DNA from: an uncultured Woeseiaceae bacterium
GTDB taxonomy: Bacteria > Pseudomonadota > Gammaproteobacteria > Steroidobacterales > Woeseiaceae
Assembly: GCA_964452235.1 (NCBI GenBank)
Contig: CAYVLL010000001.1
Coordinates: 1 to 41,695 of the forward strand
Length of the DNA: 41,695 bases
Reading direction: 5' to 3'
Shown: one piece after another, positions 19,401 to 28,847 of the stretch
Position numbering within the stretch: position 1 is the first letter of the stretch
Layout: every line of letters begins with the position of its first letter
Position numbers and translations under genes: made by a program
The notes under the pieces: generated by a model
Told to the model about the DNA's origin: nothing
Database searches by the model: none
Seen by the model: the letters and a program-made list of their open reading frames with translations, nothing else

Positions 19401-20425
19401 GCGTAACTGAGCGTCGCTGCCAGTTCCACGGCGGCCAGCATGCTACCCGAATCGGCTTTGCCAGTACCGGCGATATCGAGCGCGGTACCGTGATCTACCG
19501 AGGTGCGCACGATCGGCAATCCAAGCGTGACGTTCACGGCTCGTCCGAATCCCGCGTACTTCAGGACCGGCAATCCCTGGTCGTGATACATGGCGAGAAT
19601 GGTATCGGCGGGCCCGGCATTGGGCGTAAACGCCGTGTCTGCCGGCAGAGGGCCGCGAACGTCCAAACCGCGATCCCGCAGTTCCTGGATGACCGGGATG
19701 ATGACGTCGATTTCCTCGCGGCCCAGGTGGCCATGTTCGCCGGCGTGCGGGTTCAGACCACACACCAGGATTTTCGGCCGGTCGATCTTGAACTTCCGTT
19801 GCAGGTCGTCGTGCAGCACCTCCAGCACACCGCGCAGGCGCTCCTGTGTCAGGTAACCGGGCACGTCCCTGAGCGCGAGATGCGTGCTGGCCAGTGCTAC
19901 CCGCAACGGCCCTGCAACCAGCAGCATGACCGGTCGCGGAGCAGACAACAGTTGCGCAAGGAACTCGGTATGTCCGCTGAACGGGATGCCGGCGTCGTTG
20001 ATAACGCTTTTTTGCAACGGACCGGTCACCAGGGCGGCGAAAAGACCCCGCCGGCAGCCGTCTGTCGCGTGCTCGAGCGCTGCCAACAGGGATTTCGCGT
20101 TCGCCGGATCCGGTGTGCCGCAGACGCCGGGTTGCGGCAGCTGCATCGGCAAAACCTGCAACCTGCCTGGCCGACGGTTGATTGAAGGATTGTCGATATC
20201 GTATTCCGACCATTGCAACGGACGGCCAAGACGCTGGGCCCTTGCCTCGAGCGTTCGGGGGTCGCCAACAACTACGAGCTGGTCAACGTAGGGCGAGCCG
20301 GCAAGTGCGATGCAAAGATCGGGGCCGATACCGGCCGGCTCACCGATGGATACGGCCAACGGACGCGGTATTGTTGCCGGGTCCCCGGTCAGCCTCTCAG
20401 GAACGGATGTCGACGTAGGCCTCAT
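19397..20425 (-). CDS. pdxA: 4-hydroxythreonine-4-phosphate dehydrogenase
   Basis: Motifs IGEPAGIGPDL, GLNPHAGEHG and TSVDHGTA. 342 aa. The start overlaps the surA end by 29 nt, so the exact start is uncertain. Confidence 0.92.
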   Translation of the reverse strand: MRPTSTSVPERLTGDPATIPRPLAVSIGEPAGIGPDLCIALAGSPYVDQLVVVGDPRTLEARAQRLGRPLQWSEYDIDNPSINRRPGRLQVLPMQLPQPGVCGTPDPANAKSLLAALEHATDGCRRGLFAALVTGPLQKSVINDAGIPFSGHTEFLAQLLSAPRPVMLLVAGPLRVALASTHLALRDVPGYLTQERLRGVLEVLHDDLQRKFKIDRPKILVCGLNPHAGEHGHLGREEIDVIIPVIQELRDRGLDVRGPLPADTAFTPNAGPADTILAMYHDQGLPVLKYAGFGRAVNVTLGLPIVRTSVDHGTALDIAGTGKADSGSMLAAVELAATLSYA

Positions 20426-21698
20426 CCCGCAACCGGCGTGCCCAGAGTTCCGACTCGTCGGCCAGTTTGCTGTTGCGAATGCGCTGTACGCAATTATTTT
20501 CCTTCAGATCATCCGTATTGTCGTAGATGCGACGATCCTGGACTTCGAGTATGTGCCAGCCGAACTGGGTCTGGAACGGATCCGACACGGTGCCGATTTC
20601 CGCTGTGCGCGCTACTTCCTCGAATTCCGGCACGAACGATCCGGGACCGCGCCAACCCATATCGCCGCCGCTGTTGGCTGACCCCGGATCGTCCGACAAC
20701 AGCTTTGCCAGCTCGCCGAAGTCCTCGCCTGCGCGGATTTGTGAGACTGCGTCCTCGAGCCGCTGTTTGGCGGTCTCATTGTCGATCACTTCGTTCGGCG
20801 TAATGAGTATATGGCGAATGCGCGCCTGCTCGACTTCACTGCGTTCGTTGATGCCGCGATAGTCGTTTACTTTTACGATATGGAAGCCGCTGATCGCGCG
20901 CATTGGCTCGGAATACTGGCCGACTTCGAGGGAGCCTACGACGTCCGAAAATATGGTTGGCAGCTGATCCCCCTTGCGCCAGCCGAGGTTGCCGCCTTCG
21001 AGCCCGGTCTGACTGTCCGAATGGCGTACGGCCATTTCCCCGAAGTCGGCGCCGTTCTGCAGCTGTTGGTAAACGAACAGCGCTTCAGTGCTCGCCTCCT
21101 CGAACTGTTCACTGGTCGCAGATTGCGGCACTGAAATGAGGATGTGCGACAGGTTGTATTCCGAGTTCACGACTACGTTGTCCTCGAGATCGGCTATGCA
21201 CTGCTGTATTTCACGCGGCGCAACGGAAATTCGGCCGGTCACCTCGATCCGGCGAAGCTGGTCGAGCGTCAGTTGCTTGCGCATCTCGCGGCGATACTCG
21301 GCGTAGTCGACGCCATCCGCTTCGAGAAGAGCCGGAAGTTGCTCGAACGAAATATTGTTCTCTTGCGCAACCTGCGCAATCGCCGAATTAAGTACCTGGT
21401 CGGAGATCTGTATGCCGATGCGATCGGCGCGCTGCAACTGGATCTGCTCCAGTACCAGGCGCTCGAGTACCTGCTCCCTGAGTACGGACGGCGGCGGCAA
21501 TTGCAGTCCCTGCTGGCTTGCCCGTTCCGCAATAATCTGCGTCTGTCGCGTCAGCTCGCTCTTCAAAACGACCCCCTCGTTGACCACGGCGGCAATGCCG
21601 TCGAGCATTGCGCCGGTTTCAGAGAGTTCCGCGGCGATACCCTGGCCGGCCGCCATCGCGGCCAGCACAGAAATTGCTAAGCGTTTGATTTTAAACAT
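20397..21698 (-). CDS. surA: Periplasmic chaperone / peptidyl-prolyl isomerase SurA
   Basis: ATG 21698 gives the signal peptide MFKIKRLAISVLAAMAAGQGIAA. It has two parvulin domains (ISGFHIVKV and FGWHILEVQDRR). An alternative ATG lies at 21716. Confidence 0.92.
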   Translation of the reverse strand: MFKIKRLAISVLAAMAAGQGIAAELSETGAMLDGIAAVVNEGVVLKSELTRQTQIIAERASQQGLQLPPPSVLREQVLERLVLEQIQLQRADRIGIQISDQVLNSAIAQVAQENNISFEQLPALLEADGVDYAEYRREMRKQLTLDQLRRIEVTGRISVAPREIQQCIADLEDNVVVNSEYNLSHILISVPQSATSEQFEEASTEALFVYQQLQNGADFGEMAVRHSDSQTGLEGGNLGWRKGDQLPTIFSDVVGSLEVGQYSEPMRAISGFHIVKVNDYRGINERSEVEQARIRHILITPNEVIDNETAKQRLEDAVSQIRAGEDFGELAKLLSDDPGSANSGGDMGWRGPGSFVPEFEEVARTAEIGTVSDPFQTQFGWHILEVQDRRIYDNTDDLKENNCVQRIRNSKLADESELWARRLRDEAYVDIRS

Positions 21699-21741
21699 AA
21701 AAATGTTGCCACCCATGTGGGGCCGGGCGCCGCGTGGGCGT

Positions 21742-23955
21742 TCAGTCGATGTCCGCCGAGTAACCCAGAATACCACGTTCCAGCAGTCTGTCGGCGGCCG
21801 TCCCGACACTGGTCATACCCTTCAATACCAGTTGCAGACCGAAGGACGAATCCCGAGTTCCGTCACGCGTAGAGATATGCCGACGTGAAACGAGACGCAG
21901 TCCCCAGCAGCAACTCTCGTACTCGATTCCGAAAAACTGCTCGAGAGCTTCGTCGTCACGGAACGAGAAATTATAGCGGCCGACGAAGTTCCAGCGCTGC
22001 GTGAGAGGCCAGGACCACGACACGTCACCCTGTTCGATCGAATCACGTCGAAACCGATAAGCGAGATTAAGGATCTTGTTGGACTGCGGGCGATACTGCA
22101 GGCGCGCCTCGGATTGGGTTGTACCGTCGTCACCGGTACCCCATTGATGACCGATATCGAAGTTCAGGTGCTCATACAGCAGGAAACGAACCTCCGCGAT
22201 GTAGTCCGACGACTCCCGGACCAATGCCGGCTCCCCGGGAAGATTTACACCCTGTGAGCTCAGGTAGAGTGCCTGCCCGATGGTGGCTGTCATCAGTTCC
22301 TTGCCGGAATCCGCTTCGAGTACCCGCGAAGTGACGCCGATACTGAGCTGATCGGTATCGGCGATGCGATCAATGCCGAGAAAACGGTTCTTCCGATATA
22401 GCTGGACCAGGTTGAGGTCGGGAACGATCGTGTCGAAGACCGGAAAGTTATCCTGGTTACGGTAGGGGACATGCACGTAGAGCACGCGAGGCTCCAGCGT
22501 TTGGATCCACTCCCGGGCATCGCCCAGCCGCCGCTCAAGCATCAGGCCGCTGTCGAGGCTGGCGATCGGCAGCGTGCGGCTGAGACTGCGTGCCTGGCCC
22601 GGGGCGGTTTCGTCGAGTTCGTAGCGAGTGTGCTCAAGTACTACCCCGGGTGTGACAAACCAGCCGGCGGCATCAAGTGACCATTCGACCCGGGGTGCCA
22701 TATTGAAGCGCCAGCCCGTGGCGCCTTCGTCGCGGTCGAAATAAACGACTTCGCCGTCGACGCCATATTGCAGGCCCGAGCTTTCCTGAGGCCAATCACC
22801 ACTGATTCTGACCTGCGGCAGTCGACGATACGGTTCGTCCAGCGGCGCGATTGCGTCGTCGATGGTCTGGTAATCCTGCACACGTGCGAGCATCGACCAA
22901 TGTTCGCCGTAATAATCGAACACCATGCTGCGGTCCAGGTGCGTGATGCTTGATACGCTCAGGCTGCCGCCCAGGTCCTCGAAATAGCCGCTGTCCGATG
23001 CCTCGCGAAAATCGATGCGATTGCGCCAGCCGTTGTCAAAAATCGTTCCATGGTCGAAAGTGATCAGATGCCGATCGGTACCGGTCAGGTTGTCGTCGGC
23101 AAGATACTCGAACTGCAACATACCGCTGTTGCGCATCGTCAGGTAACGAAATTCCGAACCGATCAGAAAGCCGCGGTCGGTCAGCAGGCGCGGGGTGAGG
23201 GTGGCGTCGTAATTCGGGGCGATGTTCCAGTACCACGGAACGCGCAACTCATTGCCGCTGCGTCCCGCGCTGCCGATTTCCGGCGTTAGAAGGCCGGTTT
23301 TACGAGCGTCACCGATCGGAAAAGACAGAATGGGCGTATACAGGATCGGCACACCCTGAAAGCGCAACTTGACGTCACGGGCGCGCCCGACGCCGGCCCG
23401 CGTATCCAGATGAATGTCATCCGCCTCAAGCAGCCAGTCGTCAGAGCCCGGCGGGCAAGTCGTATAGCTGACCTCCTCAAGTTTCAGCGTGCCATCCTGA
23501 CTGATTTCGAGCAATTGCGCTGCGCCCCGTGAGCCATTGTTGCCGAGCCTGAACTCCGATCCCTCGAAGCGGATTTGACCGCTGTTGTAGGCAAACTCGG
23601 CCGACGTTCCGGTGATCTCGGTGTTCGGGTCTGCGTATTGCACGCCACCTGACAGCAGCATGGCCCGCATTTCCGCGTCGTAACTCGCGGATTCGGCGCT
23701 GGCAACCCGATCGCCGCGCCGCAAAAGCACGCCGCCTTGCAGACGCATACTTGGATCGTCACCCATTCGCGCGTCAATCGCACCCGCCTGAAACTGAATG
23801 GTTTCAGGACCCAAGGGGTCGAGGTCAGAGCTAACCGCGTCGCCTGCGGGGCGCGCCAACGGCGGCGCTTCGCAAACCGTCGATTGCTGGGCATGAGCAG
23901 GTAAAAGTGCCAGCAATAGAAATACGGCGACCGTTGAATATGCGTATCTGGACAA
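21742..23955 (-). CDS. lptD: LPS-assembly outer-membrane protein LptD
   Basis: The OstA-like N-domain and a large beta-barrel region are recognisable. The only start codon just upstream of the signal peptide SRYAYSTVAVFLLLALLPAHA is TTG 23955. The ORF-track start at 24501 would add about 180 non-homologous residues and overlap the divergent gene. Confidence 0.88.
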   Translation of the reverse strand: MSRYAYSTVAVFLLLALLPAHAQQSTVCEAPPLARPAGDAVSSDLDPLGPETIQFQAGAIDARMGDDPSMRLQGGVLLRRGDRVASAESASYDAEMRAMLLSGGVQYADPNTEITGTSAEFAYNSGQIRFEGSEFRLGNNGSRGAAQLLEISQDGTLKLEEVSYTTCPPGSDDWLLEADDIHLDTRAGVGRARDVKLRFQGVPILYTPILSFPIGDARKTGLLTPEIGSAGRSGNELRVPWYWNIAPNYDATLTPRLLTDRGFLIGSEFRYLTMRNSGMLQFEYLADDNLTGTDRHLITFDHGTIFDNGWRNRIDFREASDSGYFEDLGGSLSVSSITHLDRSMVFDYYGEHWSMLARVQDYQTIDDAIAPLDEPYRRLPQVRISGDWPQESSGLQYGVDGEVVYFDRDEGATGWRFNMAPRVEWSLDAAGWFVTPGVVLEHTRYELDETAPGQARSLSRTLPIASLDSGLMLERRLGDAREWIQTLEPRVLYVHVPYRNQDNFPVFDTIVPDLNLVQLYRKNRFLGIDRIADTDQLSIGVTSRVLEADSGKELMTATIGQALYLSSQGVNLPGEPALVRESSDYIAEVRFLLYEHLNFDIGHQWGTGDDGTTQSEARLQYRPQSNKILNLAYRFRRDSIEQGDVSWSWPLTQRWNFVGRYNFSFRDDEALEQFFGIEYESCCWGLRLVSRRHISTRDGTRDSSFGLQLVLKGMTSVGTAADRLLERGILGYSADID

Positions 23956-24081
23956 AATCTGAGAAGGGCGGTCTGATAGAGAGGTTGGGAGTTTGGCCTG
24001 TGACGGAAAGAATGTTATCAGGTATTGCGTACTGCTACCTTCGTCGCCGCAATTCTTGCCGCCATACAACGGGACAACCGG

Positions 24082-25119
24082 ATGGGGAGAAACCGCATCA
24101 ATAGCAACTCTGTGCAAGACGACGCACGACGTGAAGAGATGATCGATTGGCTCGCCAGTATCGATGAGCTTAAGGATGGCATTGTCACGCCAGCGTCGAC
24201 TGATGCCAGTTTTCGTCGTTATTTCCGCGTAACTGCGGGATCGCAAAGTCGCATCGTCATGGATGCGCCACCGTCCCGGGAAGATTGCCGGCCATTCGTC
24301 AGGATTGCCGGCTACCTGGCGCGGATCGGCGTCAACTGCCCCAAAGTGCTCGAAGCCGACCTCGAACGAGGTTTTCTGCTGCTGACGGACCTGGGTACCC
24401 GGCTCTATCTGGACGAGTTGCGCGGCCGTCCGGAAGTTGCCGCGGCTTTGTATTCCGACGCGTTGCAGGCGCTGCGGAAAATCCAGCAGGAGGGGCGTCA
24501 ATTTCAGGCCACGTTACCGGCCTACGATGCGCTCCTTCTGAATACCGAATTGTCACTTTTTCGCGACTGGCTGTGCGGCCGGCATCTGGAGATCGAGTTC
24601 AGTGCCGCCGATGAAATTGACTGGCTTTCCTGCTGTGAATTCCTGGTCGGGAATGCGTTGCGGCAGCCGCTGGTTTTTGTGCACCGTGACTATCACTCGC
24701 GAAATCTCCTGGTCACTGATACGGATAATCCGGGCATCGTCGATTTTCAGGATGCCGTCAATGGGCCGCTGACCTATGACCTCGTATCCCTGCTGAAGGA
24801 TTGTTACATTAGCTGGCCTGCCGGGAAGGTGCATGCGTGGGCCATGTCTTTCTATGCATCGCTGGATGACAGCATCTACGGGGACCTGGACGCCGCCGCT
24901 TTTCTCCGACATTTTGAGCTCATGGGCGCGCAGCGCCACCTGAAGGCGGCGGGCATCTTCGCCCGCTTGTTGCATCGGGACGGCAAATCCTCTTATCTCC
25001 GGGACGTTCCGCGCACACTCGAGTACATAACGGAAATTGCTCCACGCTACGATGAACTGGCATTTCTCGGACGCCTGATCAACGAGCGCTGCCTGCCACG
25101 TCTGCGGGAGCAGATGTGA
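24082..25119 (+). CDS. amgK: Aminoglycoside-phosphotransferase-fold anomeric MurNAc/GlcNAc kinase (AmgK-like)
   Basis: APH-fold motifs ASFRRYFRV and HRDYHSRNLL...VDFQDA. It is divergent from lptD and precedes murU, as in Pseudomonas. The start is uncertain (ATG 24082, ATG 24139 or TTG 24025). Confidence 0.8.
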   Translation: MGRNRINSNSVQDDARREEMIDWLASIDELKDGIVTPASTDASFRRYFRVTAGSQSRIVMDAPPSREDCRPFVRIAGYLARIGVNCPKVLEADLERGFLLLTDLGTRLYLDELRGRPEVAAALYSDALQALRKIQQEGRQFQATLPAYDALLLNTELSLFRDWLCGRHLEIEFSAADEIDWLSCCEFLVGNALRQPLVFVHRDYHSRNLLVTDTDNPGIVDFQDAVNGPLTYDLVSLLKDCYISWPAGKVHAWAMSFYASLDDSIYGDLDAAAFLRHFELMGAQRHLKAAGIFARLLHRDGKSSYLRDVPRTLEYITEIAPRYDELAFLGRLINERCLPRLREQM

Positions 25120-25787
25120 GGGCGATGATTCTTGCGGCCGGACGCGGAGAGCGCATGCGCCCGTTGACGGATCAGCGGCCCAAAGCGCTACTGGAGATAG
25201 GCGGCGTCACCCTGATCGAACGACAATTGCAGCGATTGCGCGAGGCCGGTGCCGATACTGTAATAATAAATCTCGGCTGGCTCGGCGAAATGATCGTGGA
25301 GCACGTTGGTGATGGCAGCCGATTCGGCTTGCGGGTTGTGTACAGTCCGGAATACGAGCAGGTGCTCGAAACCGGTGGCGGTATTTGCCGGGCATTGCCG
25401 CTGCTCGGCGACGAATCTTTCTGGGTTGTCAACGCAGACGTGTTCTCGGACGTGGTATTGCCGTCAGTCGACCTGGCGGCGGATTGCGTAGCTCACCTGA
25501 TCCTGGTGCCAACGCCTCGTTACAGGACGCGAGGCGATTTCGACTTATATGATGGTCAGGTCCGATGCGCCGCCGAGCCGCACTATACGTTCAGCGGAAT
25601 GGGCTTGTATCGTCCGTCGCTTTTCATTGATTGCGCACCCGGACGATTTCCGTTAGCGCCGCTGTTACAGGCGGCTGCAGATCGTGGTGAACTGTGTGGC
25701 GAGCTCTATGAGGGCGCCTGGGAGGATGTGGGCACCGTCGAGCGCCTGCGCCAGCTCAATGAGCGTTTCGCAATCGCAGATGCCTGA
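25116..25787 (+). CDS. murU: N-acetylmuramate alpha-1-phosphate uridylyltransferase (MurU-like nucleotidyltransferase)
   Basis: The N-terminus MILAAGRGERMRPLTDQRPKALL is typical of sugar-1-P nucleotidyltransferases. GTG 25116 overlaps the amgK stop (GTGA). 223 aa. Confidence 0.82.
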   Translation: MRAMILAAGRGERMRPLTDQRPKALLEIGGVTLIERQLQRLREAGADTVIINLGWLGEMIVEHVGDGSRFGLRVVYSPEYEQVLETGGGICRALPLLGDESFWVVNADVFSDVVLPSVDLAADCVAHLILVPTPRYRTRGDFDLYDGQVRCAAEPHYTFSGMGLYRPSLFIDCAPGRFPLAPLLQAAADRGELCGELYEGAWEDVGTVERLRQLNERFAIADA

Positions 25788-26409
25788 GAAGGTGATCGAG
25801 TAGCCGCCCGGCAGCGCTGGACAGGTCGATTTCAATATCCAGGTGTCGCAGGTCCGTTACCGTCAGTTCGCGCATGCCACAGGGGTTGATGCGTGAGAAA
25901 GGCTCGAGGTCGAGGTCCACATTCAAGGCCATGCCGTGGTAGCTCGCGCCACGCCGCACGCGCAGTCCAATACTTGCCACTTTTTGTCCATTGACATAGA
26001 CACCGGGCGCATCGGCCCTGCTGTGCCCGTCAATAGAAAACTCACGCAACAGATCGACGACAGACTGTTCGAGGCCGGTCACCAGGTCCCGTATGCCGAG
26101 CCCGGCGCGCTTCAGGTCGACAAGCGGGTAAATCATCAATTGACCGGGTCCGTGGTACGTAACCTGGCCGCCGCGGTCGATTTGCACGACTGGAATGTCA
26201 CCCGGCGACAGCAGATGTTCCCGGCTGGCGTTAAGCCCCAGCGTGAATACCGGGGGATGCTCCGTGAACCAGATTTCATCCGGAGTCTGCGGACCACGGG
26301 TGTCAGTAAACTGCTGCATTGCCCTCCACAACGGCTCATAGTCGCGTTTCCCGAGCGAGCGAACGACTACCGGCGCGATCTCATCTGCCTGGTACGCGGG
26401 AGAATTCAT
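25756..26409 (-). CDS. lipB: Octanoyltransferase (lipoyl(octanoyl) transferase)
   Basis: Motifs EHPPVFTLG, RGGQVTYHGPGQL and GLRVRRGASYHGMALNV. Its ATG overlaps the ybeD stop (ATGA). Confidence 0.94.
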   Translation of the reverse strand: MNSPAYQADEIAPVVVRSLGKRDYEPLWRAMQQFTDTRGPQTPDEIWFTEHPPVFTLGLNASREHLLSPGDIPVVQIDRGGQVTYHGPGQLMIYPLVDLKRAGLGIRDLVTGLEQSVVDLLREFSIDGHSRADAPGVYVNGQKVASIGLRVRRGASYHGMALNVDLDLEPFSRINPCGMRELTVTDLRHLDIEIDLSSAAGRLLDHLLRHLRLRNAH

Positions 26410-26666
26410 AGCGCGACCAGGATCTGCTCGTGTGCCGTCAGGTCATGGTAGATTGCGTCGAGCTGTTCCTGACTGGTAGCGGTGATCGTTACCGTGATGG
26501 AAACAAAGTTGCCGTTGGTGCTTGTAGAGGTACGAATAGCCTCTTCAGCCACCTTGCCCGTGTGTTTCTCCACCACGAACAGCGCAGCTTCGCGAAATTC
26601 AGGGTCGTCGCGACCCATGATCTTTATGGGAAATTCGCACGGGAACTCGAGCAACGATTCGCTCAT
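26406..26666 (-). CDS. ybeD: DUF493 family protein YbeD
   Basis: 86 aa with FPCEFPIKIMG. It sits in the conserved position between dacA and lipB. Confidence 0.88.
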   Translation of the reverse strand: MSESLLEFPCEFPIKIMGRDDPEFREAALFVVEKHTGKVAEEAIRTSTSTNGNFVSITVTITATSQEQLDAIYHDLTAHEQILVAL

Positions 26667-26697
26667 TACCGGTCCGCTCCTGTTCTGCGCAGGCGGC

Positions 26698-27849
26698 TCA
26701 CTCGAACCAGAGCATTACGCCGTCGACCGTGCGTTGCCAGATCGATCCGGACGGATTGCCATGCAGTGCGCGTAGCGGCTCATTGACCAGTTGCACACCG
26801 TTCAGGCTGACCTGGAGTTCTGCCAGGGGCTGTCCCTGGGCAATGGGAGCGATCAGTACCGAGGGCATGTTCAGTACCGAAGTGACATTGTCGTAGCTGC
26901 CGCGCGGTACGGTAATGTAAAGATCCTCGGGCAGGCCCAGCGGCGTGTACTCATTGGCGGCTTTCCAGATGCGTGCGTCGGCGACGGGTTCGCCGGCTTT
27001 GTACAAGAGGCGCGTTTCGAAAAAACGAAATCCGTAATTAATCAAAGCCTGGCTTCCATCGAGTCTCGCCTTGGGACTTGCAGTGCCCATAACGACTGAA
27101 ACAATCCGCATGCCGCCCCTGCTGGCGGATGAAACGAGACAGTAGCCAGCGGCATCAGTGTGGCCTGTCTTCATGCCGTCCACACTCGAGTCGCGCCACA
27201 GCAAGGAGTTTCGATTTTGCTGCGTAATGTCGTTGTAGGTGAATTCCCGCACCGAATACCACTCGTAGTATTGCGGAAACTCATTGATGATGGCTTTGGC
27301 AAGCATGGCCATGTCGCGGGCTGTCGAGTAGTGATTTTCTCCCGGCAAACCAGTCGCGTTGACGAAATTGCTGGAATTCATGCCCAAGCCTGACGCATAG
27401 CGATTCATTACTTCTGCAAAGACCGATTCGCTGCCTGCGACATGCTCGGCTAAAGCCACACTGGCATCGTTGCCCGACTGGATGATCATGCCCATCAAAA
27501 GGTCACGAATGCTAACCCTCTTGCCAACTTCAATAAACATCCTGGATCCGGGTGTCCGCCATGCCTTCTCGCTGACAGTAACCTCATCGTCCAGGCTGAT
27601 CTGCTCCTCTTCAAGAGCCTTGAATATTGCGTAGGCCGACATCAGCTTGGTGAGGCTGGCCGGCGGCAGTGTTTCGTCGGGCAACAAAGCCGCCAGTTCG
27701 TAGCCGGAATTACCGTCGATGGCGAGATAGCTCTTGGCGCCGATTGTCGGCGGTGACGGTATCGGCAATTCCTGGGCGAGGGCGCCCTGCAATATCGTCG
27801 CGAGGAGCAGCCACGAAGCAAAGAAGACAAATCGATAGGTTTGTTGCAT
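26698..27849 (-). CDS. dacA: D-alanyl-D-alanine carboxypeptidase (PBP5/6 class)
   Basis: Signal peptide plus motifs SxxK (ASLTKLM), SxN (QSGNDA) and KTG (MKTGHT). 383 aa. Confidence 0.93.
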   Translation of the reverse strand: MQQTYRFVFFASWLLLATILQGALAQELPIPSPPTIGAKSYLAIDGNSGYELAALLPDETLPPASLTKLMSAYAIFKALEEEQISLDDEVTVSEKAWRTPGSRMFIEVGKRVSIRDLLMGMIIQSGNDASVALAEHVAGSESVFAEVMNRYASGLGMNSSNFVNATGLPGENHYSTARDMAMLAKAIINEFPQYYEWYSVREFTYNDITQQNRNSLLWRDSSVDGMKTGHTDAAGYCLVSSASRGGMRIVSVVMGTASPKARLDGSQALINYGFRFFETRLLYKAGEPVADARIWKAANEYTPLGLPEDLYITVPRGSYDNVTSVLNMPSVLIAPIAQGQPLAELQVSLNGVQLVNEPLRALHGNPSGSIWQRTVDGVMLWFE

Positions 27850-27965
27850 GTCCGCCGGTTAGTCGGTCCCCAGAAGACCTGTATTGTAACGTCTGCAGGA
27901 AAAAAATGGATCGGACAGGCGTAACCGATTCCGATCGCAATTCCCGGTGAACAGGCAGGCAGTCG

Positions 27966-28847
27966 CTATTCTGTAACCAGATGCGTCTCGGAAATACCTA
28001 GCCGCTGCAGCTGTGCGACGATCGAATCGTATTCCGTGACACTGGCTATGGGTCCGATTCTGACGCGGTAGAGTGCCGGCGCTCTTGCGTTGTCCTCATG
28101 CACGAACGCCGGTCCGATGCCGCCGTCGCGAAGTGCCGCAAAACGCCGTCGTGCATTTATGACATCGCCAAAAGCACCGACTTGCACAAAAATCTGCCGC
28201 TCACCTGCAGCCTCCCGCTCCGCATCCGGATTGTATGTGCTCGGTTGCGCGGCCCGCATTTGTGCGGGCTCTGCTTCGTCATAACCGATCGCAGTGACTT
28301 CGACGAGACTGGTACCGTCTTGCACCATATCAAGCCGTCGCGCGGCAGCATAAGAAAGGTCGATGATGCGATTGTCGACAAAAGGTCCCCGATCGTTCAC
28401 ACGCACGACCACGCTCTTGCCATTGCTCAGGTTACGTACCCTGACGTAGGTCGGCAATGGCAGGGTTTTGTGTGCAGCAGTCATCGCATGCATGTCGTAG
28501 GGTTCCTGGCTCGACGTCGGACGTCCGTGGAATTTCTGTCCGTACCACGATGCAACACCGCGTTCCTGGTAGCCATGACTGGAATCCATGACGACGTAAC
28601 GACGTCCGAATACCTCGTAAACCGGTCCATTGCCGTAGCGGCTGCGCGGCTCCTGTTGCGGCACGGCATCGGGCGGCAAGACGTCGGGCGCACTCCGCGG
28701 CGGGCCGTCGACCGGACCGGTTGCGCAGGAGGAAATAAGCACCAGCAAGAGCGCGCCGGCGATGCCCGGTTGCTTGCGGGCCGGAAACCTCTGCGTCACG
28801 ATGCAGAGATTCCGTAGCGATTCCGTGACAGGTCGCACAACCGTCAT
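27966..28847 (-). CDS. rlpA: Septal-ring lytic transglycosylase RlpA (DPBB plus SPOR domain lipoprotein)
   Basis: DPBB region ASWYGQKFHGRPTSS...VVVRVNDRGPF. C-terminal SPOR domain IFVQVGAFGDVINARR. Lipobox-like VLISSC. An alternative GTG start at 28799 gives a cleaner signal peptide. Confidence 0.9.
   Translation of the reverse strand: MTVVRPVTESLRNLCIVTQRFPARKQPGIAGALLLVLISSCATGPVDGPPRSAPDVLPPDAVPQQEPRSRYGNGPVYEVFGRRYVVMDSSHGYQERGVASWYGQKFHGRPTSSQEPYDMHAMTAAHKTLPLPTYVRVRNLSNGKSVVVRVNDRGPFVDNRIIDLSYAAARRLDMVQDGTSLVEVTAIGYDEAEPAQMRAAQPSTYNPDAEREAAGERQIFVQVGAFGDVINARRRFAALRDGGIGPAFVHEDNARAPALYRVRIGPIASVTEYDSIVAQLQRLGISETHLVTE

Noticed and set aside
23956-24501. Upstream extension of the lptD ORF to 919 aa.
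   Set aside because: The extra ~180 residues precede the signal peptide, show no LptD similarity, and overlap the divergent amgK gene. A TTG at 23955 gives a normal precursor.
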